This document shows, one piece after another, positions 8,870-19,106 of a stretch of 64,000 nt of DNA (the first letter of the stretch is position 1; every line of letters begins with the position of its first letter). The stretch covers positions 32,001 through 96,000 of the IMG/VR virus record IMGVR_UViG_3300023074_000001; one strand, given 5' to 3'. This DNA is from a virus. The notes beneath the pieces are model-generated. The model saw only the letters and a list, made by a program, of their open reading frames with translations. It searched no databases and was not told the origin of the DNA. Made by a program: the position numbers and the translations under genes.

Positions 8870-9879
8870 AAGTTGCAATTCTTAATGATGTTCATCTAAC
8901 AGATCCTAACAATCATCCTAGTTCCTGCACATCTGAATACACAGAAGATATGTTTGACCTGCTGTATCAGGCGAGTAAGGTAGCTGAGGAGTCTGATTGC
9001 TCAGCAATTATCCAGCTAGGAGATCTATTTCATATTAAGACTCCAAGTCGTAATTCTCTCAAACTAGTACAACAAGTTATTGAGTGGGCAAGATATACAG
9101 ATCTTCCTGTATTTGTTGTTACCGGAAATCATGATTTGCTCAACGATAGACTAGATAGCCTTGATGAGGGCCAACCTCTAGGAGTACTATATTCTTCGGG
9201 AGCAGTTTATAAAGCTGATCAATACTTCGGTGATTCCAGTTCAGTATTGACAGGAGTTCCTAAAGCTGGACATTATCCAATATACGGTGTTCCGTGGCAG
9301 CAATTCTGGGATGCTGAGCATTCTGTAGCAGATCGAGCAGTCAAGGATGCATTACATGCTTTTAAGCCTTCCGATACTGCTCAGCTAATTGTTACTCATG
9401 CACCGTTCTTTCCGCCAGGAGTTAACCCAGCTTATGAGCACTACTCAACAGAGAAGTTTTCTCGATTCGTTAACCCATCTGGACAATCAAATGTTCAAGT
9501 TGTGTATGGTCACATCCATGACAGGCATGGAGAATACGTTGTTAACGGGGTTCGATTCTGTAATTACGGTGCTCTATCACGTGGGAGCCTTACCGAATCG
9601 AACCTTACTAGAGCTGTTGGAGTTACGATCTGGGATTCTATTACAGGAAGATTTGAATTCGTAGAACTGAAAGCTAAGCCTGCTGAGCAGGTATTTAGGG
9701 TTAAAGAGATTAAAGAAGTCAAGGCTACTCAAGTCAGACTGGATGAGTTCCTAGCATCCGTAGGCCAATCTTCTATTACCATTACCGATATTGCTAGTGT
9801 TCTTGATCATGTCAAGACATTGAAATTAGGTAAAAAAATAGAAGATATTGTTGAGGAACTTCTCACCACTGTAGAGTAG
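8866..9879 (+). CDS. Mre11/SbcD-like metallophosphoesterase nuclease
   Basis: DVH, GDLFH, GNHD, THA, GHIH motifs. Confidence 0.88.
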   Translation: MKVAILNDVHLTDPNNHPSSCTSEYTEDMFDLLYQASKVAEESDCSAIIQLGDLFHIKTPSRNSLKLVQQVIEWARYTDLPVFVVTGNHDLLNDRLDSLDEGQPLGVLYSSGAVYKADQYFGDSSSVLTGVPKAGHYPIYGVPWQQFWDAEHSVADRAVKDALHAFKPSDTAQLIVTHAPFFPPGVNPAYEHYSTEKFSRFVNPSGQSNVQVVYGHIHDRHGEYVVNGVRFCNYGALSRGSLTESNLTRAVGVTIWDSITGRFEFVELKAKPAEQVFRVKEIKEVKATQVRLDEFLASVGQSSITITDIASVLDHVKTLKLGKKIEDIVEELLTTVE

Positions 9880-10106
9880 GTAAAACAATGATTGCAGAAG
9901 ATGGTATGTTTGTCGAACCTGACAAGGAATCGATGTTTATATTTTTCTTCTGCACAATCTGTCCTTTATCTATTCCTTTTATTCATGCTAGAAATGCTTA
10001 TCTGTATCTTGACGGTCACAGACAGAACGCATACCACAAAAGGCGTCTTGAGCTGCAACGATGAAGTGTGATATACTTGATTATTACTATAATTAAAGGA
10101 ACACAC

Positions 10107-10901
10107 ATGACTGAAAAAGACACTAGATTTAAGGTTTCTTGGAGTAGTTTACAAAGACATGAGTATTGTAAGGCTAAGCATTTTCTTGTATTGGAGGGTC
10201 ATACGGTTCCTGGTAAGGACGCAAGAAACTTCCTTGCCGGTAATGTTATTGACTCTGTGCAAAAAGCTTGGCTTGACAATCCTGTAGGTAGTATGGATGC
10301 TATGGTTGATGATCATATGGAAATGGCTATTGCCGAATCTGAAATCAAGGGTAGCATCAAGTGGCGCAATAAGAATGATAAAAAGAATATCAATACTTCC
10401 TGTCATACGGCTGCTGTACAACTTCAACCTATTTTGGAAGCTAGAGTATTGCCTTATGATTATGAGCCTGCTAAGAGGTTCTATACTCCCGTCAAGATTC
10501 GTAAGCCTGATGGTGAAGTATTAGAGATTATTCTTCGAGGTGAGTTCGACTTATTGGTAAAGGATAATTTTGGCAAATTCATAGTATGGGATTTGAAGAC
10601 TACAGCAGACAATGACTATTGGAAAAAAACATTAGGACAACTGGTGTTTTATGATTTAGCCATCTACAGTATGTTTGGTGAGCCTCCTGTAAAGACAGGA
10701 TTTATTCAGCCGCTCTGTGATGAACAAGTCAAGGAGTTCTATTTCGATGACTCTCATAGAGCTGAAATGTGGGGGAGAATTAATTCTATGATGCAGGCTT
10801 TGTGGGTAGAGGATTACAGCCCAAAAGTTGATAACACAGGCTGCTCATTCTGTGAGGTTGCCCACTCCTGCCCTAAGTTCAAGAGGAAGTTATTTAGTTG
10901 A
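10107..10901 (+). CDS. Cas4/RecB-like PD-(D/E)XK exonuclease
   Basis: SWSSL..C, GEFD..VWDLKT, QLVFY, terminal CSFCEVAHSC. Confidence 0.85.
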   Translation: MTEKDTRFKVSWSSLQRHEYCKAKHFLVLEGHTVPGKDARNFLAGNVIDSVQKAWLDNPVGSMDAMVDDHMEMAIAESEIKGSIKWRNKNDKKNINTSCHTAAVQLQPILEARVLPYDYEPAKRFYTPVKIRKPDGEVLEIILRGEFDLLVKDNFGKFIVWDLKTTADNDYWKKTLGQLVFYDLAIYSMFGEPPVKTGFIQPLCDEQVKEFYFDDSHRAEMWGRINSMMQALWVEDYSPKVDNTGCSFCEVAHSCPKFKRKLFS

Positions 10902-11073
10902 GCAAGCCTGGATACTATGATAAAACTCGTATGTTGGAATTCATGCAAAAAGAAGTAAATTGTTTAAGCTCTAGACTAATAGAATTGCCTCAGTCTACAG
11001 AAAGATTAGCGCTGCAATATTGTGTAGGTGCATTGCAGACAAGCATGTACAGAATTCAACATGGAAGTGATGA

Positions 11074-11322
11074 ATGAGCAATACAGACGCTATTATCGAT
11101 AATCTTAAGGCTCGCAGAAATGCAGCTCAACTAGCTAGGGTACGAGCTGAGACATTAAAAGAAACAGCTCAGGCATCGTACGATGCTGCTATAGCTAGTT
11201 TAAAGTCTGAGTTTGCTGTTGACACCATCGAGGATGCTCGTGCTAGACTTAGTGATCTACAACGTCAATTCGAATCTCAGCTGGAAGACATTACAGCAAA
11301 ATTAGATGCAATGGGGTGTTAA
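11074..11322 (+). CDS. coiled-coil protein
   Basis: Heptad-like helical sequence. Confidence 0.65.
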   Translation: MSNTDAIIDNLKARRNAAQLARVRAETLKETAQASYDAAIASLKSEFAVDTIEDARARLSDLQRQFESQLEDITAKLDAMGC

Positions 11323-11323
11323 A

Positions 11324-12574
11324 GTGGATCAGACAGGCGGAGTTGCAGAGCTAGATATTCTTAGTTGGCTTGACAGTGAAGAATCCGTTAAGCCCAAAAT
11401 AGCAGTTAGATCTTCAGCTCATGCTAAAAGTCTCACTACGGATAACACTGTTAAAATGGGTTTTGAGGTACAGCGAGAGGTATTGCTGAGTTTACTGAAC
11501 AAGGCTATTTCTGCTGTACCTAGTAATACTATGATTCCTGTGCTCAATAACTTCAAGTGCGCAGTAGGCAACGATAAGTTAGTTGTTGTTGGTAGCTCGA
11601 AGAGTATGTCTATTGCAGTAACTACGGATCAGGTTAGTATTAGTACTGAAGGCACACAGGTATTTCCTGCGAAAACATTCCTGAATATTGTTAAAGAATG
11701 TAATCCAGGGTCTACGGTATTTATAGAAGTTACTGATGTTGGTGCAGTCATCGTAGCTGGAAGCTTTAGTGTAGAAATAGCTTTAGCTAAAGCTGATGGA
11801 TACCCCGCACTTGAAGATGTTTCTGCATTAGAGTTTCACCAGGTCAACAGATTGCAATTTATAGATGCTATAAACATTGTGAAATATGCTCTACCTAGTA
11901 GAGAGTTTTCTGGTCAGAGTTCTATGAAGATGATCAACATCAAGGGTGGTAAGTTCACCGCCTGCGACGGATCACGATTTCAGCAGAGTAGGATTCATGG
12001 GTTCAAGTTGCACATGCAGCTACCAGCTGATAGTATCAGCATACTGAACAAGCTGCTAGGTGGCTCTGACCTGGAGAACCTGGAAATTGGTGAGGTTACT
12101 AAGAAATTAATCTTCAAACTCGGCACTACAGTATTCTATGTCAATAAGCTTGATGATCCATATCCTAATGTTGAACAGCTCTGGCTTAGACCTGCTCTCA
12201 CTAACGATCAGGAATTGCTTGTGGATCGTCAGGAATTGATTACAGCAATCAAGCAGGTAAGAACTACAGCTGATACTAATTCTTCTGCATTAGGTCTTCA
12301 AGTAGAGGCCGAATCTATGAGAATAGTAACTAAGGATACTAATAACTCAGCTTCTGCTACTATAGCCTGTAAATGGTCGGGTAAATCTAGAAACATTGTT
12401 GTCAATTACCTGCATCTTGCAGAAATGTTAAAGGCTTATCCCTCAACTGAGTGTAGATTTATGTTAGGTGAGGATACACAGAAGCATAAGTCACCTATTC
12501 TACTGCGAGATGATGATACGATGGCGATTGCAACAATCAGTCAGCTACTTGCGTACCAGCCAGGTTTGCTGTAG
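11324..12574 (+). CDS. dnaN: DNA polymerase III beta sliding clamp
   Basis: FEVQREVLLSLL..A..AVP..IPVL, ACDGSRF, YPNVE, VNYLHLAEML; three-domain length. Confidence 0.88.
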   Translation: MDQTGGVAELDILSWLDSEESVKPKIAVRSSAHAKSLTTDNTVKMGFEVQREVLLSLLNKAISAVPSNTMIPVLNNFKCAVGNDKLVVVGSSKSMSIAVTTDQVSISTEGTQVFPAKTFLNIVKECNPGSTVFIEVTDVGAVIVAGSFSVEIALAKADGYPALEDVSALEFHQVNRLQFIDAINIVKYALPSREFSGQSSMKMINIKGGKFTACDGSRFQQSRIHGFKLHMQLPADSISILNKLLGGSDLENLEIGEVTKKLIFKLGTTVFYVNKLDDPYPNVEQLWLRPALTNDQELLVDRQELITAIKQVRTTADTNSSALGLQVEAESMRIVTKDTNNSASATIACKWSGKSRNIVVNYLHLAEMLKAYPSTECRFMLGEDTQKHKSPILLRDDDTMAIATISQLLAYQPGLL

Positions 12575-12621
12575 GGTAGTGCTCATGACGGCACAAAGTC
12601 GTCTTAACGAAAGGGTTTTCT

Positions 12622-12861
12622 ATGAAGTCTGCTAAGTTTGTTGCGGTAGCAGTTGCTGCTGTGTTAAGTTTTGGTAGTATGGTCGCCTGTGGTTCTGGAA
12701 ATTCAGAGCCTGTTGACGCCAATATTGATACTGGTGTAGTGATTGACAAGTCCAGTAAGCGTGTTACTATTCTTGAAGACGACGGCGAGCGAGACACCCA
12801 CAAGTTCCGAAACTCTAAGAAGTGTCTTGTTGGTCAGCGTTGGCCTGATTGCAAGAAGTAA
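12622..12861 (+). CDS. small lipoprotein
   Basis: Signal peptide with MVAC lipobox. Confidence 0.65.
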   Translation: MKSAKFVAVAVAAVLSFGSMVACGSGNSEPVDANIDTGVVIDKSSKRVTILEDDGERDTHKFRNSKKCLVGQRWPDCKK

Positions 12862-13202
12862 TGGCTAAGTCAAAGGAAACAGACAATATCTCTGATGGTT
12901 ATCATACTTTCGGAGAATTATACGATCATCGTCGTGCATTGACACGAGCCTTGATGTTGTCAAATACTAAAATTTCTTGGCGTTCAAGGCACCACCACCC
13001 AGATGATGCGCCTATGTTTGAGGGTGGGTATTTTATCGTAGGAATGCAGTTGCCTACGGGACAAATCAGTTACCACTACAAGCTTACTCACTGGAATGAT
13101 TTTGACGGAGTACACACCATCGAGCACGCCCCTAAGTACGATGGACACACTCCACGAGAAACAGTGACCAGACTACTTGACTGGGTAATCAGAAAGATGT
13201 AG
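12861..13202 (+). CDS. conserved phage protein (SDGYHTF/WDGH-type)
   Basis: ISDGYHTFGELYDHR, LPTGQISYHY, YDGHT. Confidence 0.75.
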   Translation: MAKSKETDNISDGYHTFGELYDHRRALTRALMLSNTKISWRSRHHHPDDAPMFEGGYFIVGMQLPTGQISYHYKLTHWNDFDGVHTIEHAPKYDGHTPRETVTRLLDWVIRKM

Positions 13203-13235
13203 ACTAGTACTACAGCCAGGGAAACTTGGCTTCAT

Positions 13236-13319
13236 GTGTTAGAGGCAACTGTTGGTTGGTTGCAACGGTCTGTAAAATCGTTCCGCGAGGCGTCGGGGGT
13301 TCAATTCCCTCCTAACACA
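13236..13319 (+). tRNA. tRNA-Tyr(GTA)
   Basis: Cloverleaf with long variable arm; CT-GTA-AA. Confidence 0.92.
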
Positions 13320-13640
13320 CATACATTAACTTAATACAAAGGTAGAGTCACTTATAGGGCAGGCTGTTGAGAGAAGCCGGTAATTCCGTAGAGATCCCAG
13401 GAGGGTGTAAGACCTTCGCTCTAACCTATTCAAATATTAAGGATTAAACAAGTGGCAAAAGTTGGAGATAACATGTCCGCAGCTGAGCGTAAAGCTGCAC
13501 AGGAAAAGGCTAAACCATTACGCAAAGTATCAAAACCTAAAGTAATATATCCAGATAGAGTAGCTAACGCTCAATCTAGAGAAAAGAAGTAAGTCAAGGC
13601 ACATGGAAACATGTGCCTTTTTCATTTCAGGAGAGTTATC

Positions 13641-13790
13641 TTGACTAAGAAGGACCCTAACGCAAGTCGCGGTGAAAGGCGTCACTGCCAAAGCCCAACT
13701 TGTGGAAATGTATTTATCGCTAACAACAGCGGGCAGATTTATTGTTCGATCAAGTGTCAACGTGCGGCAGCATATCGAAAAAGGAAGTAA
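13641..13790 (+). CDS. CGNR-like zinc-finger microprotein
   Basis: TTG start after GGAG; RHCQSPTCGNVF...IYCSIKCQRAAAYRKRK. Confidence 0.6.
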   Translation: MTKKDPNASRGERRHCQSPTCGNVFIANNSGQIYCSIKCQRAAAYRKRK

Positions 13791-14132
13791 CCCTTATGTT
13801 TTTCTGTGATTTTTGTGCCAATAAAAGAAATTGGCCTGAGAGTATGTCTAAGTCTTATGGAGTTTGTGAAATTTGTGATATAACTGCTAGGTGTAATGAC
13901 GTACCCTCATCAGCTTTACCTATGCCTGCTAAGGTTATTGAACCCGAATATGTAGGAAGGCATCGTAAGATAGAAGATATAGCAGCAGATGTCGTTAAGT
14001 CTCGCAAGGATATGCTTGAAAAACTAAAAGACTAATTATGAAAAAGCAGCTGCGCGAACTTCCTTGACACAGCCCCCGGCAGCATGATAGGGTAGCTGTA
14101 ATAAACAAACACAGAGAGGACGATCGGTACAG

Positions 14133-14585
14133 ATGAACCGACGCATGTATTCGCGCCGTGTTGCACTGACTGGTACATTTCTATTGCTTGCTGCTGGTGG
14201 CATGGCTGCCTGTGATAGCGCAGACGATGACCCGAATGAGGATGGTCACTTTTACTGCTCTGATAGTAACGGTACGGTAATTGATGAAAGCTACTGCGAT
14301 GATTCAGATGGAGGTGGGGGTGGCTATTTCTTCGCTTACATGGGAAGCTCTGTCCACGGTAACACCACTTATCCTGTAGGCTCAAGGCTTCCTGCTGGAC
14401 ATCAGAAGTTCTCCGTCAAGGACACAGCAGCTAGGTCAAGGTTCGGTCTTCCTGCTTCTGGTAGAATCAGCAACGGTACAGTAAAGACTGGTGTTATCGG
14501 CAAGGGTGGACCTGGTTCTACTGCTAAGGTAGGATCTGGAGCTAAGGGTGGAGGTGGCACCGGTGGTAAGTCTGGTGGTGGCTGA
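14133..14585 (+). CDS. Tat-signal lipoprotein with Gly-rich tail
   Basis: SRRVAL twin-arginine, MAAC lipobox. Confidence 0.75.
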   Translation: MNRRMYSRRVALTGTFLLLAAGGMAACDSADDDPNEDGHFYCSDSNGTVIDESYCDDSDGGGGGYFFAYMGSSVHGNTTYPVGSRLPAGHQKFSVKDTAARSRFGLPASGRISNGTVKTGVIGKGGPGSTAKVGSGAKGGGGTGGKSGGG

Positions 14586-14619
14586 GTAAATATGTTAGGG
14601 TGTGCTTGTCACACCACTT

Positions 14620-14695
14620 GCTCCGTAGGCTTGGCTGGTGGCTGGAGGCACGCTTATAACGTGCTTAAAGGTGGGTTCGATTCCCACACGGAGTA
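14620..14695 (+). tRNA. tRNA-Ile(TAT), irregular D arm
   Basis: GCTCCGT/ACGGAGT-A; GCACG CT-TAT-AA CGTGC; GTGGG TTCGATT CCCAC. Confidence 0.75.
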
Positions 14696-15206
14696 CGTGA
14701 ATAAAAATCATGATGTTGAAGACCTGTTTAACGCATTTGTTGGATACATTTTTCTTGTAGGAATAATTTTTGGCATTGTAGTTCTGGCAGTACTCGTACT
14801 AATTATCTGGCTACTCTTCACCCTCGTTTAAAGGATCATTATGGACAAGGTATTTACCTGGATTTTTAACAACTTCGGTAAGCTTTGGATCGGTGCAGCA
14901 GTACTTGGTCTTGGCATTACTGGAGTAGTTGTTTGGGGATTCATTATGCTCGTTCTGCATTTCACCTGAGGAGTTTATTTTGCCAGAAAAGAAAGACCGC
15001 ATTCGTACCAAGAGCGATGAGCTAGGCGTTCAGGTTAAAGGCGCAACCACTAGAAAATTGATCAAGAATCAAAAAGCTGGTACCGCTGATTTTCGAGATG
15101 ACCCTGATCGAGATGGCGGAAATACTCGTACTAGTAGAGGCTGACAATAGCTTTTACCTGGAGAAACTGATATAATTATTTAATGGCCTGCTCACGCAGG
15201 TATCTC

Positions 15207-15296
15207 GGAGAGCACCGCATGAGGTCATGCGACTAGTCTTGAAAACTAGGGTATCGGGTTAGTAGCCGGATAGGGGATCGTTACCTCTGCTCTCCT
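15207..15296 (+). tRNA. tRNA-Ser(TGA)
   Basis: Long variable arm; CTAGT CT-TGA-AA ACTAG. Confidence 0.88.
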
Positions 15297-15582
15297 CATG
15301 TCACTAACATTCTTTTCTGTTGAAATCGATCCTGAGCACGAAAATGGCCCTGGCTTACAGATGTGTCAGGCATACGATCATGCTACGGTATTAGCTAGCA
15401 ATGAAGACGTCAACTGTGCTCTCCCTCCAGTAGAGGTTTTGCAAATGCGTATTGGAGAAGATATTACCCTGGCGCAGGCGTTGTGTATCGTGCATCTCAA
15501 TGCATTTAAACTTGGTCTTCGTGACGGTCAAGTACTTTATGATGCAGACTCACTCCAATAATTTATTCTAGGAGATTTCACT

Positions 15583-16395
15583 ATGGTACTTATCATTGGC
15601 TCTACAGCCATGAATTATTGGTTCTCTGATGCTCGGGAGCCTAAGGACTACGATTACTTTGCTGATCCTGAGGGGCATGTATCACCTTGGATCAAGAATA
15701 ACTCACAGGCTGATCCTTTCTGGGACAATAGCTGGAGGGGTACGCGACTAGACGAACCATTTATGAATAGAATGGCTACTCCGGATGAACTTTATACCAT
15801 CAAGATGTCTCATTCTTATTGGGAATTAAAAAACGGTTCCTGGAGTAAGCATATGGCTGACATCGTTTTTTTGAAGCGTCATGGTGCTAAGCTCGATATG
15901 GCACTACATAATATTTTGTATCCTGTATGGGTCAAGACGCATGGCGCTAAGAAAATGAATTTAGCTCAGGCAGCTGGTAACTTCTTTGATGATGCGGTAG
16001 TCCGTATCTACGATCACGACTCTATTCATGAGAGTTGCGCATTCGGCGATAAGCCTTTGTATGAGGCTATTCTTAAGGATGGTGAGACTGTAGATATCGA
16101 TCCTACTAAGCTGTGGAATATGCCATTTGATACTCAGGTCAAGCTGTTCCGTGAGGAGATTGCGGCTACGGCTCTTGAGCGCTGGATGATTCCCTCAAAA
16201 TACCGAGTCAGCCCTGGTCTGGCTTATACTCTGGCACTTCGTAAGACGATTGTTAGCCTTACTAAGGGCCGGTCTGCTCGCTTTATTGTAGATAATTTTG
16301 AGCATTTCATGAAGCCGCATGACTACATGAGCATTCATCGTGAAAAAATTGATAAGCTGAAGCCTCTGGACAAGACCAAGAAGGGTATGATGTAA
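15583..16395 (+). CDS. putative nucleotidyltransferase-fold phage protein
   Basis: IIGS...PKDYD (GS..DxD); TIKMSH, YDHDSIHE, REE motifs. Confidence 0.6.
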   Translation: MVLIIGSTAMNYWFSDAREPKDYDYFADPEGHVSPWIKNNSQADPFWDNSWRGTRLDEPFMNRMATPDELYTIKMSHSYWELKNGSWSKHMADIVFLKRHGAKLDMALHNILYPVWVKTHGAKKMNLAQAAGNFFDDAVVRIYDHDSIHESCAFGDKPLYEAILKDGETVDIDPTKLWNMPFDTQVKLFREEIAATALERWMIPSKYRVSPGLAYTLALRKTIVSLTKGRSARFIVDNFEHFMKPHDYMSIHREKIDKLKPLDKTKKGMM

Positions 16396-16519
16396 TGCAT
16401 TACGCTGATACTCCAACACGGGCAGCCTGTGGAGCAAAGCTTTCACTAGGTAAGTCCACTACTAATATGAGTAAGGTTACTTGTACCGGCTGTAAAAGTG
16501 TTATTAACAAGGGCTGGAA

Positions 16520-17065
16520 TTGATGGAAGTAGTTCATTTTAGTATTACGGGGAAACCAAATACTTTATGCTATCGCCCTAAAGATTGGCTACTCCTAACC
16601 ATCAACGAAAAAATAGTGACCTGTGACTCCTGTATTAGGCATTTAAATGCAGACGCGAAGAAAGAAGAGACTATGAGTGAATGTAAGTTATGCGGAACAC
16701 AACTACCTGCTAGCCATCCTGCTGTGATTCTGGCAGAGTTGGAGACTTGGGTAAAGTCGAAAGGCGGGTGGGATATCTTTGAAAGTGAAGATACTCGATA
16801 CGGATTGTACCCTGTAGGTAAGGAGTTTTCTGTCGGTAATAGGTTTGCTTCTGTAGCTGATAAGAAGATGACTCCAGGGTATCCTCCTAACGGCTACGAT
16901 GGTGCATACGAGCAGGGTACTGAGTTTGAAGTATATGTAATTATTAAGGTAGGAGAACAGTATTTCAAGAAGTCAGGTAGTGCTGATTCCTACGGAGAGG
17001 TTTCCTGGGATGGCGATCTGAAGACTGTTCAGCCTAGAGAGAAGACGGTAACCTATTATGAATGA
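16520..17065 (+). CDS. paralog array member 1 (N-terminal H-C-TCxxC segment; alternative start 16673)
   Basis: C-terminus FKKSGSADSYGEVSWDGDLKTVQPREKTVTYYE. Confidence 0.75.
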   Translation: MMEVVHFSITGKPNTLCYRPKDWLLLTINEKIVTCDSCIRHLNADAKKEETMSECKLCGTQLPASHPAVILAELETWVKSKGGWDIFESEDTRYGLYPVGKEFSVGNRFASVADKKMTPGYPPNGYDGAYEQGTEFEVYVIIKVGEQYFKKSGSADSYGEVSWDGDLKTVQPREKTVTYYE

Positions 17066-17420
17066 CGTAACAGTAGCTGAATTACAGGAGTGGTTCCGCA
17101 ATCACGAGGACGTAAATTATTTGTATGAGCTTGAGTTAGAGTATTCTAGCGTCGGTGATACTATCGAGCTAAGTTCTCTACCTGAAGGGTATTCCATTAC
17201 AGTCAAGGATCTTAAGCTTGAGCGAGAGTATTCTTCCTATGGATACCAAAATCTTCATGATGGCTATATTATTCTGACAGTAAAGGACTCTGAAAGTAAG
17301 GAAAAAGACTTCAAGATTCCGGTTACTTATGCATCCTTCGAGGGCTGGGGCTATGAAATTGACAACATCGTTCCTGCGGTACGTAGAGAGCAGACCATTA
17401 CTACCTATGAGTGGGTATAA
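17058..17420 (+). CDS. paralog array member 2
   Basis: C-terminus TYASFEGWGYEIDNIVPAVRREQTITTYEWV. Confidence 0.75.
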   Translation: MNDVTVAELQEWFRNHEDVNYLYELELEYSSVGDTIELSSLPEGYSITVKDLKLEREYSSYGYQNLHDGYIILTVKDSESKEKDFKIPVTYASFEGWGYEIDNIVPAVRREQTITTYEWV

Positions 17421-17768
17421 ATGTACAGCACTAGTGAGGTAGAAACAGCATTATTGAGATTTGCTGAAGACAATCTAGACGAGGGCTCTAGTTACGGAGC
17501 CTTCCTTAATTCTTACAGCGACCTGCGTGGAACAGTGCATGAGATCCCAGAATTAGGCCCTGTTACTATTGTTGATTACCATGAATACGATAGTGATAAG
17601 AACTACGATGGTTGGTCAGAGAAGCTGTATATTATCTTCGACTTATGTGGTATTCTTTATCGCGCTACAGGTACCTATACATCTTATGTAGGTTCTGAGT
17701 GGAATGATACTCTAACTATTGTTGAGCCTAGAAACAAAACTGTTATCGAATATGTGGAGGCTGCATGA
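17421..17768 (+). CDS. paralog array member 3
   Basis: C-terminus YRATGTYTSYVGSEWNDTLTIVEPRNKTVIEYV. Confidence 0.75.
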   Translation: MYSTSEVETALLRFAEDNLDEGSSYGAFLNSYSDLRGTVHEIPELGPVTIVDYHEYDSDKNYDGWSEKLYIIFDLCGILYRATGTYTSYVGSEWNDTLTIVEPRNKTVIEYVEAA

Positions 17769-18187
17769 ACCAGACCCTAACTGATATGAGTATCACCGAA
17801 GCCGCATCTAAGGCTCTTGAGATTCTATTAGTGAGTTGTTATACGGGATACTATAACGCAGAAGCAGAAGAATATCTAAAAGCCGAATTAGAAATCGATC
17901 AGTTTTCTGATCTAGATAATACAATTCGAGCTTGGTCGCAAGTTAAGGGCGAGCTGTACGGAGATAAAAAGAAAGCTACCTTAGATAACTTTACAGCTGA
18001 GTTGGTAGCGGAGTATGGTGGAGAGGGTCAGGGTGACCAGTATTGGGTAGTAATTTCTCTTTCTGATGGAAAGACTACTCGCTACTTCCGTAAGGATGGC
18101 TGGTACGCATCTTATTCTGGCGGCGAACTTGACGGAGACACCTATGAAGTTACACCTCAAGAAAGAATGGTTGTGTTCTACGAATGA
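17765..18187 (+). CDS. paralog array member 4
   Basis: C-terminus FRKDGWYASYSGGELDGDTYEVTPQERMVVFYE. Confidence 0.75.
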   Translation: MNQTLTDMSITEAASKALEILLVSCYTGYYNAEAEEYLKAELEIDQFSDLDNTIRAWSQVKGELYGDKKKATLDNFTAELVAEYGGEGQGDQYWVVISLSDGKTTRYFRKDGWYASYSGGELDGDTYEVTPQERMVVFYE

Positions 18188-18282
18188 GTTATGTCAATGA
18201 ATGGATCTGCAAAGCTAAGGGTTGCGGAGCTAAGAATAGTAAGTTTCTCACACACTGTACCCAATGCGGTAAAAAGAAGTAA
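18184..18282 (+). CDS. 32-aa RanBP2-type zinc-finger microprotein
   Basis: WICKAKGCGAKNSKFLTHCTQC matches W-x-C-x4-C-x3-N-x6-C-x2-C; ATGA overlap with upstream stop. Confidence 0.6.
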   Translation: MSYVNEWICKAKGCGAKNSKFLTHCTQCGKKK

Positions 18283-18545
18283 TCATGGCTGATAAGAAGA
18301 ACAACAAGTTCTCTATTATCTGTCGCGGCTGTGGTCACGGACAGAAGTAAGGCATACAGCAGTTTGTGAAAATAAGCTGCTTCTGGAAGGTAAATTGCTG
18401 AGGTCAGCAACCCTATTTGCTAAATAGGTGGTAGGTAAAACTATGGATTTCGAATATCCTGCCTTCCTCATTGAAGGAAGTTGATTTTTTAGGGAGAAGT
18501 CTTAGTGCTATTTTTTTATTTTATTATTAAAAGGAGAATAATGTT

Positions 18546-19022
18546 ATGAGGAAATTAGCTTTACTTGCTGTACCGTTTATTTTATTAGTAGGCTGCAATA
18601 AACCTACTGATTTACCACCTACACCTCCTACCATGCCAGCTCCGTCTGTTGTTGTTTCAACAAAGACGCTAGAGCCTCCTAATGTGCCTGCTGTGACTAT
18701 TACAGCAACCCCGAAGCCTGCCGAAAAGGAGTCACCGAGAGTACCTACAGCATCACCATCTGAGCCTGCTACGGTAGGTGTGCAGTTTGCTCAAAGATGG
18801 GGTTTGCGTTACCCTAACGTTCCTGAGTATGCAATCTTAAAGGCTGCTAATGCGACATGTAAGATTATCGAGAAGAATGAGCTTTCCTGGAATATCGAGC
18901 CTGGCATTCTTAAAAGCATTGAAGATGTTGTTAACATAGCTGGACTACCAGATAACGATGCACTAGAGTTTGCTCAAGATGCTAATCAGAACTACTGTGC
19001 GAGTGTGTCAAACCCCACTTGA
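18546..19022 (+). CDS. Pro-rich lipoprotein (DUF732-like C-terminus)
   Basis: LVGC lipobox; terminal A..C...A..YC pattern. Confidence 0.7.
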   Translation: MRKLALLAVPFILLVGCNKPTDLPPTPPTMPAPSVVVSTKTLEPPNVPAVTITATPKPAEKESPRVPTASPSEPATVGVQFAQRWGLRYPNVPEYAILKAANATCKIIEKNELSWNIEPGILKSIEDVVNIAGLPDNDALEFAQDANQNYCASVSNPT

Positions 19023-19106
19023 CCTGCACAAACTCTCATGTTACACTAAGGCTGCTGGAGAAAACTCTCTGGCAGCTTTTTTATTTTATCAGAAAGGTCG
19101 AACGTT

